Shown one piece after another: positions 1 through 13,422 of a stretch of 64,000 nt of DNA. Below the pieces are notes generated by a model. It was not told the origin of the DNA. It worked only from the letters and a program-made list of their open reading frames with translations, and made no database searches. A program made the position numbers and the translations under genes. The stretch comes from Octopus vulgaris (Eukaryota), in NCBI GenBank assembly GCA_951406725.2, contig OX597819.1, forward strand, positions 14,136,001-14,200,000, given 5' to 3'. The number at the start of each line of letters is the position of its first letter. Position 1 is the stretch's first letter.

Positions 1-427
1 GATATTGTGAAGTAGCATTTCCATTGAGTAAAATTGACATAAGACTTATTTCTAAATAACAGGACACTTAGGTTATCAGAATGATTTGTGTGTGTGGATG
101 GGGGTATACATATAATCAACAGCATTTGTTTATTGCATGGTAGACTTAGTCATCAATTTAGCACCACCTACCCCTTGGCTAGGTGGTGCGAAACTGCAGG
201 TATCTGTCAATCTGTTGCAAACAAAAGGATCCGGTCTAAGATCCTTCTGACTCATTGGTAAATCTTTTTCACAAAAAAAAAAATGGATTGGTGAGTTGAG
301 AAAAACTCTGCATCAAGGCTTTCGGGTTTTCCTAATCTTGACAAAATTATGTTAATTACAATTTGAGGTGACATTTCAATCCTAAAATGATTTGCCCCTG
401 AGAGCATCAACTCTAGAAATCTTTTAA

Positions 428-638
428 CCCTTTAGTGTTCACATTATTCTGCTAAAATTAATGCTTTTTCCTCCATACTGTTTTGAACTAATCATGCATT
501 ATCTTGTAACTATGAGAATTTGATGAGGTAGCAGTTAATTTTTAAAACAATATTGTAGGGTTGGTATGAAAGAACAGATATGGCCAGTCTGAACATAAAA
601 CAGGTTGAATACATTTGGCCGGTTTAAATGCTAAAGGG
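428..638. mobile_element. piggyBac-type MITE in the last intron of the upstream gene
   Basis: TTAA|CCCTTTAG at 424-435 and CTAAAGGG|TTAA at 631-642: TTAA target duplication with CCC...GGG inverted termini, no coding capacity. Confidence 0.75.
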
Positions 639-851
639 TTAACTTACTGAGCAGGAGTTACCAGAATCTTAATTAGTCTCGAGTATAACTCGCACTTCTA
701 GAATAGAACCTGAGTAGGTACATCGTTTGGATTCTTGTTTTATATATATACCACATGGATGACGTATTTGTGTATTAAATTTTATTTTATTTAGAACTGT
801 TGTGTAAGTGAAACACTTTATTTTAATAAATTCTCTTTTTGTTTGTTGCAG

Positions 852-987
852 GGAATGCAAAATTCAAGTTGATATAGAAAAACCAACAAACCGAGACATT
901 ACAGATGCTTTATTAAAACATGAGCAAGCACAGAGGCACTTGAAAAATAACTTGGACTATCAACATGTTTCGGCTACAGAAGTCTGA
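852..987 (+). CDS. Delta: Terminal coding exon, probably of a Delta-type Notch ligand (intracellular C-terminus); the rest of the gene lies upstream of the window
   Basis: Polypyrimidine tract + ttgcAG acceptor (850-851), phase 2; reads (x)ECKIQVDIEKPTNRDITDALLKHEQAQRHLKNNLDYQHVSATEV-TGA. C-terminal ATEV is the class I PDZ motif of vertebrate DLL1/DLL4 and lophotrochozoan Delta. The exon is well supported; gene identity rests mainly on ATEV. Confidence 0.55.
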
Positions 988-3800
988 ATAATCCCCTTTT
1001 CTGTTTTTTCTTTCTCTCTCCTGCAGTAGCAACATCATAACATGTTGTTCAGAATAGCAAAACAGATATAATCTAAGTGCCTTTTTATTTATTTTTTTTT
1101 ATTTATTTTTTTTTTTATTTTTCACAGAAAAGGCATTTTTTTCTGTGGCTATTTCTCTGAATTGTATTTTTGTAAGAGATTATTTTACACCTGTCTTCTC
1201 TGTTAGTGAACGGAGTGGATAAGAGTTGCCTGGTGGGTGTGGAATGCACACACGCACACACACAAACACATACATACATACACACGCCTACATAACATAC
1301 ACACATGTACACTTCCCCCCCTCTGCGAGAGAGGTAGGTAACCTTGTGTTAACACTGCACTGCCAGATGAGTGTACAAAAAGAGAAGATAGTTAAATCCC
1401 ACCCCCCCTTTTTTTTTTGAAATTTCTTTCTTCTCTCCACCCATCTTGGCTACACAGTAATAAAGCTGCTGGAAGAAGAGCCTCTAAGACAGAGCCACTC
1501 CCCAGCTAATTCCAGGATGTCCTTGTTGACCTACCCTAAGTTGAGCACAAACAGGATGGGCATTTTGTCACATTCCTTTGTCTCTGCCTGCTAGACCATA
1601 AAAGAAGTACAAAAGCTACAATGATTGACTAAGACTGGTACAACTCTCCCTCCTTTACCTTTTTTTTTTTTTTTTATATTTCCCCTGCCCCCTCTAATTC
1701 ATGGAATCTTTTTTTATATTTCCCCTGTACCTCTAATTCATGGAATCTTCAAACATCCATGTAAGAATTGAGAAAGCATGTCTTGCTAAGATACATCACA
1801 AAGTAAGAGTGATGAGAATCGGAAGAAATTTCTTCAGGTGTTGGAAGACCCAGAAATTTGGGATGGAATACTTGGGATACTGTGTTTTTATATATACACA
1901 TATAAAAACATTTTTTTTTTTTCATTTTTCCATTATATATATATATTGTTTTAATATACATTAGTAAATTATTTTGCCTTTAGTTTTAAGTTTAAAACAA
2001 AAAAATTAACTGAAACCTTATTAAAAGAGAATCCTTGTTTTGTTGCTCAGGCTTGGTTCTTAAAGAAAGCACACACACACACTCTTACACATGTACATCA
2101 CACACACACTTTTATGTAATTGTTGCAAATGTTAAGCTTTCCATATCAATGAAAAACAAAAACAAAAACAAAAAAAGAAACCAAATTTAATTAAATGGGG
2201 TAAGAAATTGTTCAGTATTGCTAAAGTTTAAACAACCAACAAAACAAAAAGACAAATCTTAATTTATTTAATTTATTGTTTATATTATCTCCTCCCACCT
2301 TTCTGTTAGTTGAAACAAAACAAAAAAATACAAAACAACAAAAAAATAAAAATTAAACTGTGCTGTACATATTTCACAAAGGAGACCACCACCACCACAA
2401 CTGGTAACAAATTCTGGATTGCTTACTTGCTTAACAACACCAAAATTGGTAACTTTACTGTCGTGGTGTATTTCTCCAACAACAAACAAAGTGCTGTTGG
2501 GATTTAAAACAAAACAAATTTAAACAAAAAAAACAAAAAAAAGCCGTTTTACCACCGTCCTTCTTTCAATAAAGAATTCCCAATCTGGTTTCTAAAAGGA
2601 GAAAAAAAAAAAAAATGAAACTTTAAAAAAAAAAGAAAAAGAAACTAAACAGACACAAACCCAATCAATCAATCAAACTCAATGAAATCTGGTATTGATT
2701 CCTTTAAACCTCCACAAATAACGAGTCTAACAGCAAAAAAAAAGATATATAACAATTCATTGGCACTTTTCTCATTTGAAACTTTATTTTCAATCTAAAA
2801 GTGCAATTAACTGTTTCTAATTTAGCAGAGAGATTGCTCTTCTCTCTATTTTTGTTTTTTTATTTTTTTATTTTTTTTCCTAGAACTGTAAAAACCATGA
2901 TCAAAGGAATTGGTTTATGCTGTTCACTTCAAACATCACCCAGGGTCTCAACTTTAATTTTTTTTTTACTCCTTTCTTTTAGTCTTTATCCTCCTCCTCC
3001 TCCTCTTCCCTGTCTCCTCTTTACTGACCACCCTCTGAACTGATGTTCTTCATACAAAGACAAACTTAGATAATTATTCATCGCCTCATTCTTTTAGCAA
3101 TATTTTTTTGGGGTTTTTTTTTTTTTTTTGGTCCCCGCCCTATTGGCTGACTCTCTACAAAATGTACAACCAACTACACACACATTCTGGACACGGACAC
3201 CCCACACACCTACAATGATCGGGTGTGTATGTGGGGGTGTGTGCAACATACATTTAGCTTCACAATTAATGAGAAGCCAAACCCTCCCTGGACTTTATGG
3301 TACACCAGCGTTGACCGGTGACTCTTGAATTTCGGAAGTGTAGTATGATTTTTTTTTTTTTTTTTTATCCCAGGAACTTTTCATCAACAACAAACAAGTT
3401 ATGTATCATTTACCATTCCATTTCAGTTGGCAGGCAGGAGAGCGGGTTAAGGGGAGAATATTAATCAAGTTATGAGGCCCAACCCAGCAACCCCTACAGA
3501 ACATTTCCCCCACCCCCCCAGTGTTGCTGAACGCAGGCCTTAGCTGTAATGTAGAGTATATATATAATGAAAAACAAACACCAAAAAAAAAAAAACGAAA
3601 ACCATACAAAATTCCCTTCCCCCTTTCCTTCCCCCCCTCCCAAAAGCATGGAGGCAGACAGCCATGGAAACATGCTTTGTAGCAGTATATGTCTGTGATG
3701 TTATTTTGTACATATTGTATATTTATCAAGATATGTATATATATATGTCATGTTGTCATATATCACTCAACATGAATAAAGGTCACAAGCCAGCTATTTT
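988..3800 (+). other. Putative long 3'UTR with candidate poly(A) signals
   Basis: Follows the stop codon and is free of the SINEs that fill the rest of the window; U-rich; AATAAA at 1459, 2568 and 3775, the last preceded by TGTA elements (3707, 3716, 3734). Confidence 0.55.
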
Positions 3801-4654
3801 TTCAATTACAGAATTCATCCTCTTTGGTTAGCTTCCTGCTATTGTGCTTATATATCTGTGTGTGTGTGTATATATATATATATGTATAACCTGTGCATGT
3901 TATGCTTTCTTTTCAACACGTTTCCTCCAAAAAGGTTTTTTTTTTTTTCTTTCAGAATCCTGGTTTCTCTTAATTTATTTTTTATTGAAATACATTCTCA
4001 TTTACTTCAGTTAAGGAATTTTTCCAAAATAGGAGGTTTGCTGAAATTTAAAATAACAAACTTCTTTAAATTTTAATTTTACTAGTTAGATATATACTGT
4101 TCTGAAGATCTGTTATTCCTCCACACCATTTCTGCCTTTTACAATTTAACCGGAGATAGAACTCTCACATTTATTTGTCAGTTCTTGGCTAATTTTATTT
4201 AAATGTTACTGGATTTTTTTCTGTTACTCTCCTTTAAGCTTATTTGGGAATATAACTAATTTAGCACCAAATAATGGGACCAGTCATTTGGGGGGAGGGG
4301 TAGTTCAGTTTGATATATTCCCTTGTATAAACCAAATCCTTGCCACCTGAAGCTCTCACATATATTATTTTAGTTGGAAGTAAAGTTGATTGACTTAATA
4401 ACCCAATAACTTGATGGGTTTTCGCTGAAAATCACATCTCCTCGTAAGTGTGAATATTTGCCGAGGTCTCTCTGCATGGGGAATGGAGTTAGAGGGGTCA
4501 ATTTAACAAAAAAATATGCTCACATCTTGTTTCATCAGTCAGTGAGTCACAGCTGTCTCCTTCATGGCAGTTTGTTTGATTGAAGAGCCACAGTTGTAAC
4601 ATGTCCATATAATTTCGTTATTGCCCAGAGGGAGCGAAACATAAAGGGAATAAA

Positions 4655-4900
4655 CAAGAAGATTAAATCGATTATATCGACCCCAGTGATTAACTGGTTC
4701 TTATTTAATCGACTCCGAAAGGATGAAAGGCAAAGTCGACCACGGCGGAATTTGAACTCGGAACGTAACGGCAAACGAAATACCTATTTCTTTACTACCC
4801 ACAAGGGGCTAAACACAGAGAGGACAAACAAGGACAGTCAAATGGATTAAATCGATTATATCGACCACAGTGCGTAACTGGTACTTATTTAATCGACCCC
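4655..4900 (-). mobile_element. SINE family B (partial, dimeric)
   Basis: Reverse complement of gttctgagttcaaattccgccgaggtcgactttgcctttcatcctttcggggtcgataaa, a motif repeated many times in the window. Confidence 0.85.
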
Positions 4901-6257
4901 GACATTGTTTAGCACCAACTTTGGTAGGTTGTGATTTAGGAGTTTACCATTATTTTTAGTAGGAACTCATGCCGTGTTCTGCACACCTTTTACATATCTA
5001 AAAGTTTATCTCAAAGGCTCTCGGTCCCAGGCCATATTCTTTGCCGATGACATTTCAGGTTTCTTCCATTTCAAAATCTCGTACTTCCCTGTTAATCCCT
5101 GGAACTATTAATGAAATTGTTACTGACTGCAATTAAATTCTTATTTCAATGGTTCATAAAACTCACCACTTTTAATTCCTTTGTACTTGGTACATCAACT
5201 TCAAATCATACCAAGACCGGTTTGCAAAGTAGAAAACCAAGAACTAAATTAATTTAGTTTTGCTTGATGGTTACCGTGCTTGTATGTGTTCATTTTTTTT
5301 TTCTTCTTTTTAGTCACCACCATAGCCATGACGGTACTAAAGACATTTTGAAACTTTACATATCCTCTGTCAATGTTTCCACGATGGAAGCATCGTAACA
5401 TTGTGTTCTTGAAAATATTGCTGTAATGTGAAATCTGTTTTCGTTATATGTAGCTGGGGAGATGAAAATTACATTTCAGGGCTTTTTAATTATACATGGT
5501 AACAATCTGGAACCCGTCACCGTGTGGTGTTGAAGCATTGATTAGTTTCACGAAATCCTGTTGGTTAGCTCGTCGATCTGACTATATTCCATTTTGGTCA
5601 GGTGCTTAAATATTTTCCACAGAAATAGCTGAGGAATTCATCTGATTCCAATCTTGGTTCATATCATGGAAGTTGGTGAGGTATTCCAGAATTATTTTTA
5701 AGGCAGTTTTACGGATTACGTTCATGTGGAAGACTTTATACATGTTCCTGAGATTTACTTCAGTAGATGGCACTCAACAACTTTTCACCTTCAAGATTTA
5801 TGACGAAAAGAAAACTGGAATTGCGAGTCTTCAAGTTCTCTTCCAATTGTTTGAAGTCTTTGATTGATTTCACTTCATTTCCTAATTCATGGAATCCTTA
5901 CTAAAGACCAGTATTATAAACGAAACAAACATCTGTAGTGAATACATTTTAAATATTTTACTTATTGTTTCGAGAGGTTGTATTCTTCAATGTCTTTTAC
6001 GGAATTTTTGGATGAAGAACCTGATATGCTAAATGTTCATTGGATTGGTTGTCCTTTTTTTAAAAAAAAAAACACCGTCCCAAATCTATAACTTTAAATA
6101 TACGAGTTTCTCTCAACGCTTGGCAATCGTTGTTGACTTAGGTCCTTGTTGATTAATTCGGCAAAAAATGACCAATAAGTTTAGTCAATCACATCGAACC
6201 CAGTCCTGAAAGTAGTGCCCCAGCATGGCCGTTGTCCGATAACTGTAATCATCATCA

Positions 6258-6520
6258 TCATCGTTTAACGTCCGTTCTCCATACTAGCATGGGTTGGAAG
6301 GTTCAACTGGGGTCTGTGAAGCCAGAAGGCTGCACCAGGCTCCAGTCTTATCTGGCAATGTTTCTACGGCTGGATGCCCTTCCTAACGCCAACCACTCCG
6401 TGAGTGTAGTGGGTGCTTTTTACGTGCCACCTGCACAGGTGCCAGGCGAGGCTGGCAACGGCCACGGTCGGATTGGTGTATTTTATGTGCCACCGGCACG
6501 GAAGCCAGTCGAGGCGGCGC
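6258..6520 (-). mobile_element. RTE-related non-autonomous retroelement/SINE 3' part
   Basis: Minus strand has ggaagggcatccagccgtagaaa and ends ggacgttaaacgatgatgatgat, an RTE-type body and (GAT)n tail (recognised from memory). Confidence 0.55.
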
Positions 6521-6891
6521 TAAGAATAACGGCAATCTTAGAGCTTCTATTTCCCATCATTGTCAGACAGTCTTTACCATATTTTACTTGTCCCCTCGGC
6601 CATTAATGATATTAACCTTGGTTTCTCGACCACCTGTTTGACAACTTGTTAATAGTTACCAAACAATACTAACCGGGACGTCTTTCAAACTTAACTGAAT
6701 AACCTCCAGCAAGATTGTCTAAAGCAGCAAAGGTTTCTCTTTTTCTCCAGTAATGAGGTCTGTTTAATTCGTGATTACTTCTATACCGTGGTGCTTTATC
6801 ACGCGCGCACTTACACTACATCTTTTTCCAGTTCAGAGTTCCTCCTCTGAGATTTATGACGAAATTTGGTTGCTATTTCTGGCTCTTTAAA

Positions 6892-7095
6892 AGGCGGTGA
6901 AGTGGCAGTCATTAGCACGCCGGGCGAAACGCTTAGCGGTATTTCGTCTGTCTTTACATTCTAGGTTCAAATTCGGCCCAGTTCGACTTTGCCTTTCATC
7001 CTTTTGGGGTCGATAAATTAAGTACCAGTTACGCACTGGGGTCGATGTAATCGACTTAATCTCTGTTTGTCCCCTCGTTTGAAAATAAGGAATCA
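6892..7095 (+). mobile_element. SINE family B
   Basis: ggcggtgaagtggcag head, B-box-like ggttcaaattc, shared central body. Confidence 0.85.
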
Positions 7096-9321
7096 AAATA
7101 TTTATTGAACGGTCTACAACTGCTTTGTTTTTCCTTCTCTCCCCCGTTACGATGCGGTGTTGAAAATGTGTGTGTATCTAGACCTCCTCTGAATAAACGG
7201 CGTGTTGTTACCTCCATTATCAACCGAAGTTTGATGACGTCGGATGAAGACATTCCAACAACCTTAAGACTCCCTTCATTGCTTTGATCTCTGATGTAAG
7301 GTGGAGTTTGATGTCATCAATACTACGGTTATCATCACCTGCAAGGTGAACTGTAATAGACAGCTGCCTTCCTTTCATCGACTGTTATCATTTGATATTG
7401 TCGGGGTTAATGAAAGCTAGATTTTGATTGTGCAGATTTTAATGTTTTATAAAGTAACACATTAGAGGAAACGGAAGTAACCTTTGACTTTATCTACTAT
7501 ATTTGTCTGCGCGTGCGCTCTTCATTTTATATCAGTTATTAAACATTTGTCCATTTTTGATACTAATATTTACAATTCCGTCCAAGTTGAATTCTAAGAT
7601 CAATTTTCATTCAGAAGTCTGAACTGCTTTTTAAATTATAATTTTCAAATTTTGGCGCAAGGCCAGCGGTTTTGAGGAGAGGGTGGGCAAGTCGACACCA
7701 GTATGCAACTGGTACTCTATTCATCCTGAGAAGAGTCATTAGAAATACTACTGAGCACTTTGACCGATGACCGATTCTGCCAGTTAGGTACCTTAATGAC
7801 AAAGGAATACGAAGCAGCCTTGCCCTCTTTTTTTTTTTTTTTTTTTGTTGCAGTCGGGTTACTATGAAAAACTGTAAACCAATTTCAAGTAGGGAAGAAA
7901 AAAAGCTACTTTTCATCCTGGAGCTGTTTTTATACTGAACGAAAAACTGTTATAAGTTTTCTTTCCTTCAATTTTCTTTCTATTTCTTGCCGAGTATCCT
8001 CTTCACACATAGGGCAAAAAAAAAACTCCCTGTATATATTGAAAGGTCATTAAAATAAACCCATCAGATTGTTCATTTACAAAACGAAATAAAGTTATCT
8101 AAAATGAAATAAAATATTTTACATGGAAATTTATCGTTCTCACAGTGACAATGCTCTTCTCAATTCATGTGACATACCAGCTAAAACAATCGTCTGGACT
8201 TCTTACTGGGATGGTTAAACCAAGGATCATTTTCAAATAATTTTCAATTTAGGAATTATCAGTTTATATAATCATAGGTCTATATTTTTTTATGCTGACC
8301 ACTGATAAAATTTTTAACCATTTTATCCTTTATATATATATATATATATATAGTGTAATAAATAAAATATATATGCAAACATATATGTACGTTTGTATGT
8401 ATGCATATATCTTATTTATTACACTATTGTCTGACAGCGCTTCGCGTCGGGTTCGTTCGATTCGTCGCTTCGTTCCGTTTCTTATCCTCCCAGTATTGTT
8501 TTTTATATATATATATATACTACTAATATAGGATAAAATTTCATCAAAAGTGGCAGTATATTAAAATATCTTTAAAGGTGAAATTTATAAACAAGGGCAA
8601 AAGAAAAAATATTTCTATGCCAATATGCTGAGAATAGACTTTAAATCGTCATTACAATATACATTCACTATAAATACACGTCGTGCTGAAATCGACGGCA
8701 TTTGAACGTAAGAGAGCCGGAAGAAATGCCGCCGACCATTTTGTCAGACGCTCATTCAGCAATTTTACTCTCCCTAATTTTGGCAAAGGGTCAGCCATTT
8801 GGAGGAAGGAATTAAGTTGATTACATCGACCCCCAAGTGCTAAACTGGGACTTATTTTATCTACCCGAAAGGCAAAGTCAATGCAATTGTCTTCCTCCCT
8901 CTCCTTCAAAATTGCTGCTCTTGTGCATATATTAGAAAGCATTATTATTTGGAATTAGTTAATCTGTCATCTCATTCAATTTTGGCTTTTTGTATAATCG
9001 GTGCTTGGCCAATTTTCCTTCATTCTCGATCCCGAATTTCGCTATGTAAATTAGACAACCTTGGTATCTGCTGCTTTGTAGGAAGTTGGACAAGAATCGC
9101 AGTCAAAGATTTTCTTACATTTCGGCTACAATTTATCGCCGTCATTTCAATCTCTCTCTATATATATATATATTAATGGAAGGAATGGGGAATCTGTATT
9201 TATCTCGGAGAAATTCAAAATTGATTTAATGTCACTTTTAATACGTCATATATATATTTTCTTAAAGAAATGAAAACCGAAATTTCTTTGGTGGGGGTCA
9301 GTCGTTTAGGTCGACCCTCGA

Positions 9322-9445
9322 AAGGACAGACAAACGGATTAAGTCGATTGTATCGACCCCCCAGTGCGTTACTGGTACTTATTTAATCGACCTCGAAAGG
9401 ATGACAGGCTAAGTCGACCTCGGCGGAATTTGAACTCAGAATGTA
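9322..9445 (-). mobile_element. SINE family B fragment
   Basis: Matches the central body of family B. Confidence 0.8.
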
Positions 9446-9977
9446 AAAAGAATATATAATAATATTATCAATGAACTAATAATGTACAATATTCATGAAC
9501 AAGACTTCTTATAATAGCCGTCTGTGTTTCACACGTAATGTATGTACCCTGTTAATTGGTCAGTCACTGCGGTATTTGACCTGATATATCTTTTATAGAC
9601 GTGGGAGAGATGAAAGTTCGCCCCAGGCAGGGGCCAGATGCATTTCAGCCTTTTGGAGGACCTTTTCAATGGCGCCTACTTGCTGCCAGCCACATGTTCG
9701 AACGAAAATCCATCGTCTCTGATATAGGAACGAACAATTAGAACACCCACTGATGTTGCGAATAAAGGCCTGGCTGAATAAAAATCCAGCATACGCAATT
9801 GAGGCGCTGATTAATTGAAATAGTCGTTCATGTCTCAATGTATAAAGACCATCGACAGGCCAGTTGTAGTATTTGTCCTGTGATAACATTTCTTATTAGT
9901 GGGAGACTGGCATCCTCGCAGATTAATATTTCAGTAATGCTTTCATTGCTGTTGTATTTGCTATCTGCCATTTGTGG

Positions 9978-10343
9978 AGGCGCAATGGCCCAGTGGTTAG
10001 GGCAGCAGACTCGCGGTTTCGATTCCCAGACCGGGCATTGTGAGTGTTTATTGAGCGAAAACATCTAAAGCTCCACGAGGCTCCGGCAGGGGATGGTGGT
10101 GATCCCTGCTGTGCTCTTTCACCACAACTTTCTCTCTTCATGTTTCTGTTGTACCTGTATTTCAAAGGGCCGGCCTTGTCACTCTGTGTCACGCTGAATA
10201 TCCCCGAGAACTACGTTAAGGGTACACGTGTCTGTGGAGTGCTCAGCCACTTACACGTTAATTTCACGAGCAGGCTGCTCCGTTGATTCGGATCAACCGG
10301 AACCCTCGTCGTCGTAACCGACGGATTGCTTCCATCCATCCAT
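9978..10343 (+). mobile_element. tRNA-derived SINE family C
   Basis: A-box tggcccagtgg, B-box-like ttcgattccc, GC-richer body, (CATC)n tail. Confidence 0.7.
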
Positions 10344-10914
10344 CTGCCATCACGTTTAGTGGTTCAAAAGTCTGTAGCGGTGACAGTCATCATTTTATGT
10401 ACCCATGTAGCTCCGGCTTCAGTCTGAATCTGAGCAGTAAAATATGATTTGACAAAGATTTATCTACTAGTTCTAGCATGTCGAGTGACCACAGAAGTTA
10501 CCTCCATGGCTCGTTTTGATACTTTCTTTTCATCTAGTGACTCCTGTTTAGAATAAATAGTATTCAAATTACAACAAGTAACCCACAGTTAGACATCTAC
10601 TGACCAAGCAACCGTTTCACATACTTCTTTGAAACCTATAACAAACAATAACCAAATATCTATACTAGCAACCCCACCCTGAAGCTGACACACCGAAATA
10701 GATACACCTGATCTTAAAGTTTTACACGCTTCACCGAATAATACAACAACCATAAACAATAAAACATTTTTTAATATTTCTCCATCAGAATTCAACCTAA
10801 TTATATCATTCAACGGAGCTCCAGAAAAACCAACTTAAACAAATTGAATTCGCATGTATCACAGTGTAACAACGGCTACGATGTTGGAACTTCGAAGTCA
10901 CATATATTGTATTT

Positions 10915-11290
10915 GCTTTTTTTGCTTTAGTCATTTGTCTGCGGCCATGCTGGAACTCCGCCTTTGGTTGAACAAATCGATACCAAGACTTATTCTTTGT
11001 AAGCCTACTACTGGTTCTATCGGTCTCTTCTGCCGAGCCACTAAGTTACGGGGACGTAAACACACCAGCATCGGTTGTCAAGCGATGGGTGGAGGGGTGA
11101 CGAACACAGAAACATATACATATATATACGACGGGTTTCATTCAGTTTTCGTCTACCGAATCCACTCAAAAGGCTTTGGTCGGCCCGAGGATATAGTAGA
11201 AAACACTTGGCCAAGGTGCCACGCACTGGGGACTGAACCCGGAACCATGTGATTGGTAAGCAAGCTGCTTACCACACATTCACTCCTTAT
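10915..11290 (-). mobile_element. SINE family A
   Basis: Reverse copy of the ~380 bp family with tRNA-like head, internal (TA/TG)n and tail ...gactgaaacaagtaaaagag. Confidence 0.85.
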
Positions 11291-11304
11291 GATTATAAGA
11301 TAAA

Positions 11305-11640
11305 TGGGCGCAGACGTAGTTGTGTAGTGAAAAGCTTGCTTCCCGGCTACATGGGTCCGGGGTCAGTCCCACCACGTGGCTCCTTGAGCAAGTGTCTTCT
11401 ATTGTCTCGGGTTAACCAAAGCCATGTGAGTAGGTTTGGAAACTGAAAGAAGTTCGTCGTATATGTGTTCCCCCGTCCCCACTGCTTGATGACCTGTGTT
11501 GATGTTTATTTCCCCGTAACTTAGTGAATCGATAAAATAAGTATCAGGCTAAAACAAAAAGTACTGTTGTCGATTCATTCAAGGCGGTGCCCCGGCATTA
11601 CCGCAGTCTGGCGACTGAAACAAAGTAAGAGATAAAAGAG
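11305..11640 (+). mobile_element. SINE family A (diverged), head-to-head with the previous copy
   Basis: Degenerate match to family A head and tail. Confidence 0.75.
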
Positions 11641-11681
11641 AACATCGAGGGAAATTTGGTTGCTATTTCTGGCTCTTTAAA

Positions 11682-12348
11682 AGGCGATGAAGTGGCAGAG
11701 TCGTTAGCACGCCGACGAAATGCTTAGCGGTATTTCGTCTGTCTTTACATTCTGGATTCAAATTCCGCACAGGTCGACTTTGCCTTTCATCCTTTTGGGG
11801 TCGATAAATTAAGTGCCAGTTACGCACTGGGGGTCGATGTAATCGACTTAATCTCTTTGTTTGTCCCTTCTATGTTTAGCCCTTTGTGGGCAATAAAGAA
11901 ATAAGAAACGTTAGCACGCCGGGCGAAATGCCTAGCGGTATTTCGTCTGCCGCTGCGTTCTGAGTTCAAATTTCGCCGAGGTCAACATTGCCTTTCATCC
12001 TTTCGGGGAAAAGAAAAATTAAAAAATATTTTTGTTGTTTTTGTAAAATCTCAGAAAATAATTAAAAATTCACATTAAGTACCAGTTACGCACTGGGGTC
12101 GATGTAATCGACTTAATCCGTGTGTCTATCCTTGTTTGTCCTCTCTGTGTTTTGCCCCTTGTGGGTAGTAAAGAAATAGGTATTTCGTCTACCGTTACGT
12201 TCTGAGTTCAAATTCCGCCGAGGTCGACTTTGCCTTTCCTCCTTTCGGGGTCGATAAATTAAGTACCAGTTGCATACTTGGGATCGATCTAATCGACTGC
12301 TCCCCCGTCACCAAAAATATCGGGCCTTATCCCTAGAGTAGAAAAGAT
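11682..12348 (+). mobile_element. SINE family B multimer
   Basis: Three partially repeated family B units in tandem. Confidence 0.85.
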
Positions 12349-12368
12349 TTTTAGCTCTTTAAATATAT

Positions 12369-12745
12369 AGGCGCAGGAGTGGCTGTGTGGTAAGTAGCTG
12401 GCTAACCAACCACATGGTTCCGGGTTCAGTCCCACTGCGTGGCATCTTGGGCAAGTGTCTTCTGCTATAGGCCCGGGCCGACCAATGCCTTGTGAGTGGA
12501 TTTGGTAGACGGAAACTGAAAGAAGCCCGTCGTATATATATCTATATGTGTGTGTGTTTGTCCCCCTAGCATTGCTTGACAACCGATGCTGGTGTGTTTA
12601 CGTCCCCGTCACTTAGCGGTTCGGCAAAAGGGACCGATAGAATAAGTACTGGGCTTACAAAGAATAAGTCCCGGGGTCGATTTGCTCGACTAAAGGTGGT
12701 GCTCCAGCATGGCCGCAGTCAAATGACTGAAACAAGTAAAAGAGA
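12369..12745 (+). mobile_element. SINE family A, near full length
   Basis: ggcgcaggagtggctgtgtgg (A box) ... gggttcagtccc (B box) ... internal microsatellite ... aagtaaaagag. Confidence 0.9.
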
Positions 12746-13014
12746 GAGATAGGAAAACGTTTAATGGCGTCGTCTTGGATACATTATTTGAACAAAACGT
12801 CTCTGTTGATAGTCTTACTGCTCAATCATTGCAGTTTAGCAACAACAACATAGTCACGACTCAATCCAGCGCCAACGAATGGCCCCTTTTCAATGCGTTA
12901 CACATCTGCAGCTCACGCCATTGACGACCATTTTGAACTAGTTTATATTTGCAATTTGTCCACACAAGGACCGCTATCATTTCTTTCCCTCACATATCCT
13001 ACTGTTTTCCTATC

Positions 13015-13061
<47 letters not shown>

Positions 13062-13422
13062 CATCGATTGCTGTTGTTTTTTCTGTTAAAACGGCAAAAT
13101 CAATAAGACCTCATCAGCTGTAGCTCCACCAATTAACCGCCACAACTCACGTCACAATTTCTTTTTTTTTTGGTTTTGTTTTTATTTTTTACAAGGTGTT
13201 TGTTTTGCATATTTTATAGGTGTTTTTTTATTTTGTTTTGTTTTTATTCTTATTTCTTTGATATCTTTATTTTATTTTATTTTATTTATTTTTTTTTTTT
13301 TTGTCTTCTAACTTCGATCAGAAAATCAAACACAGCTCAACATATTCAATTGTGTTGATGGGTTCGATCATGAGAGGCTGGAAGAGAAAGATAAAGAAAT
13401 AGATTTATAGATTTCATCAACG

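Noticed and set aside
161-189. 10 bp hairpin gcaccaccta/taggtggtgc
   Set aside because: Too short and isolated to assign a function
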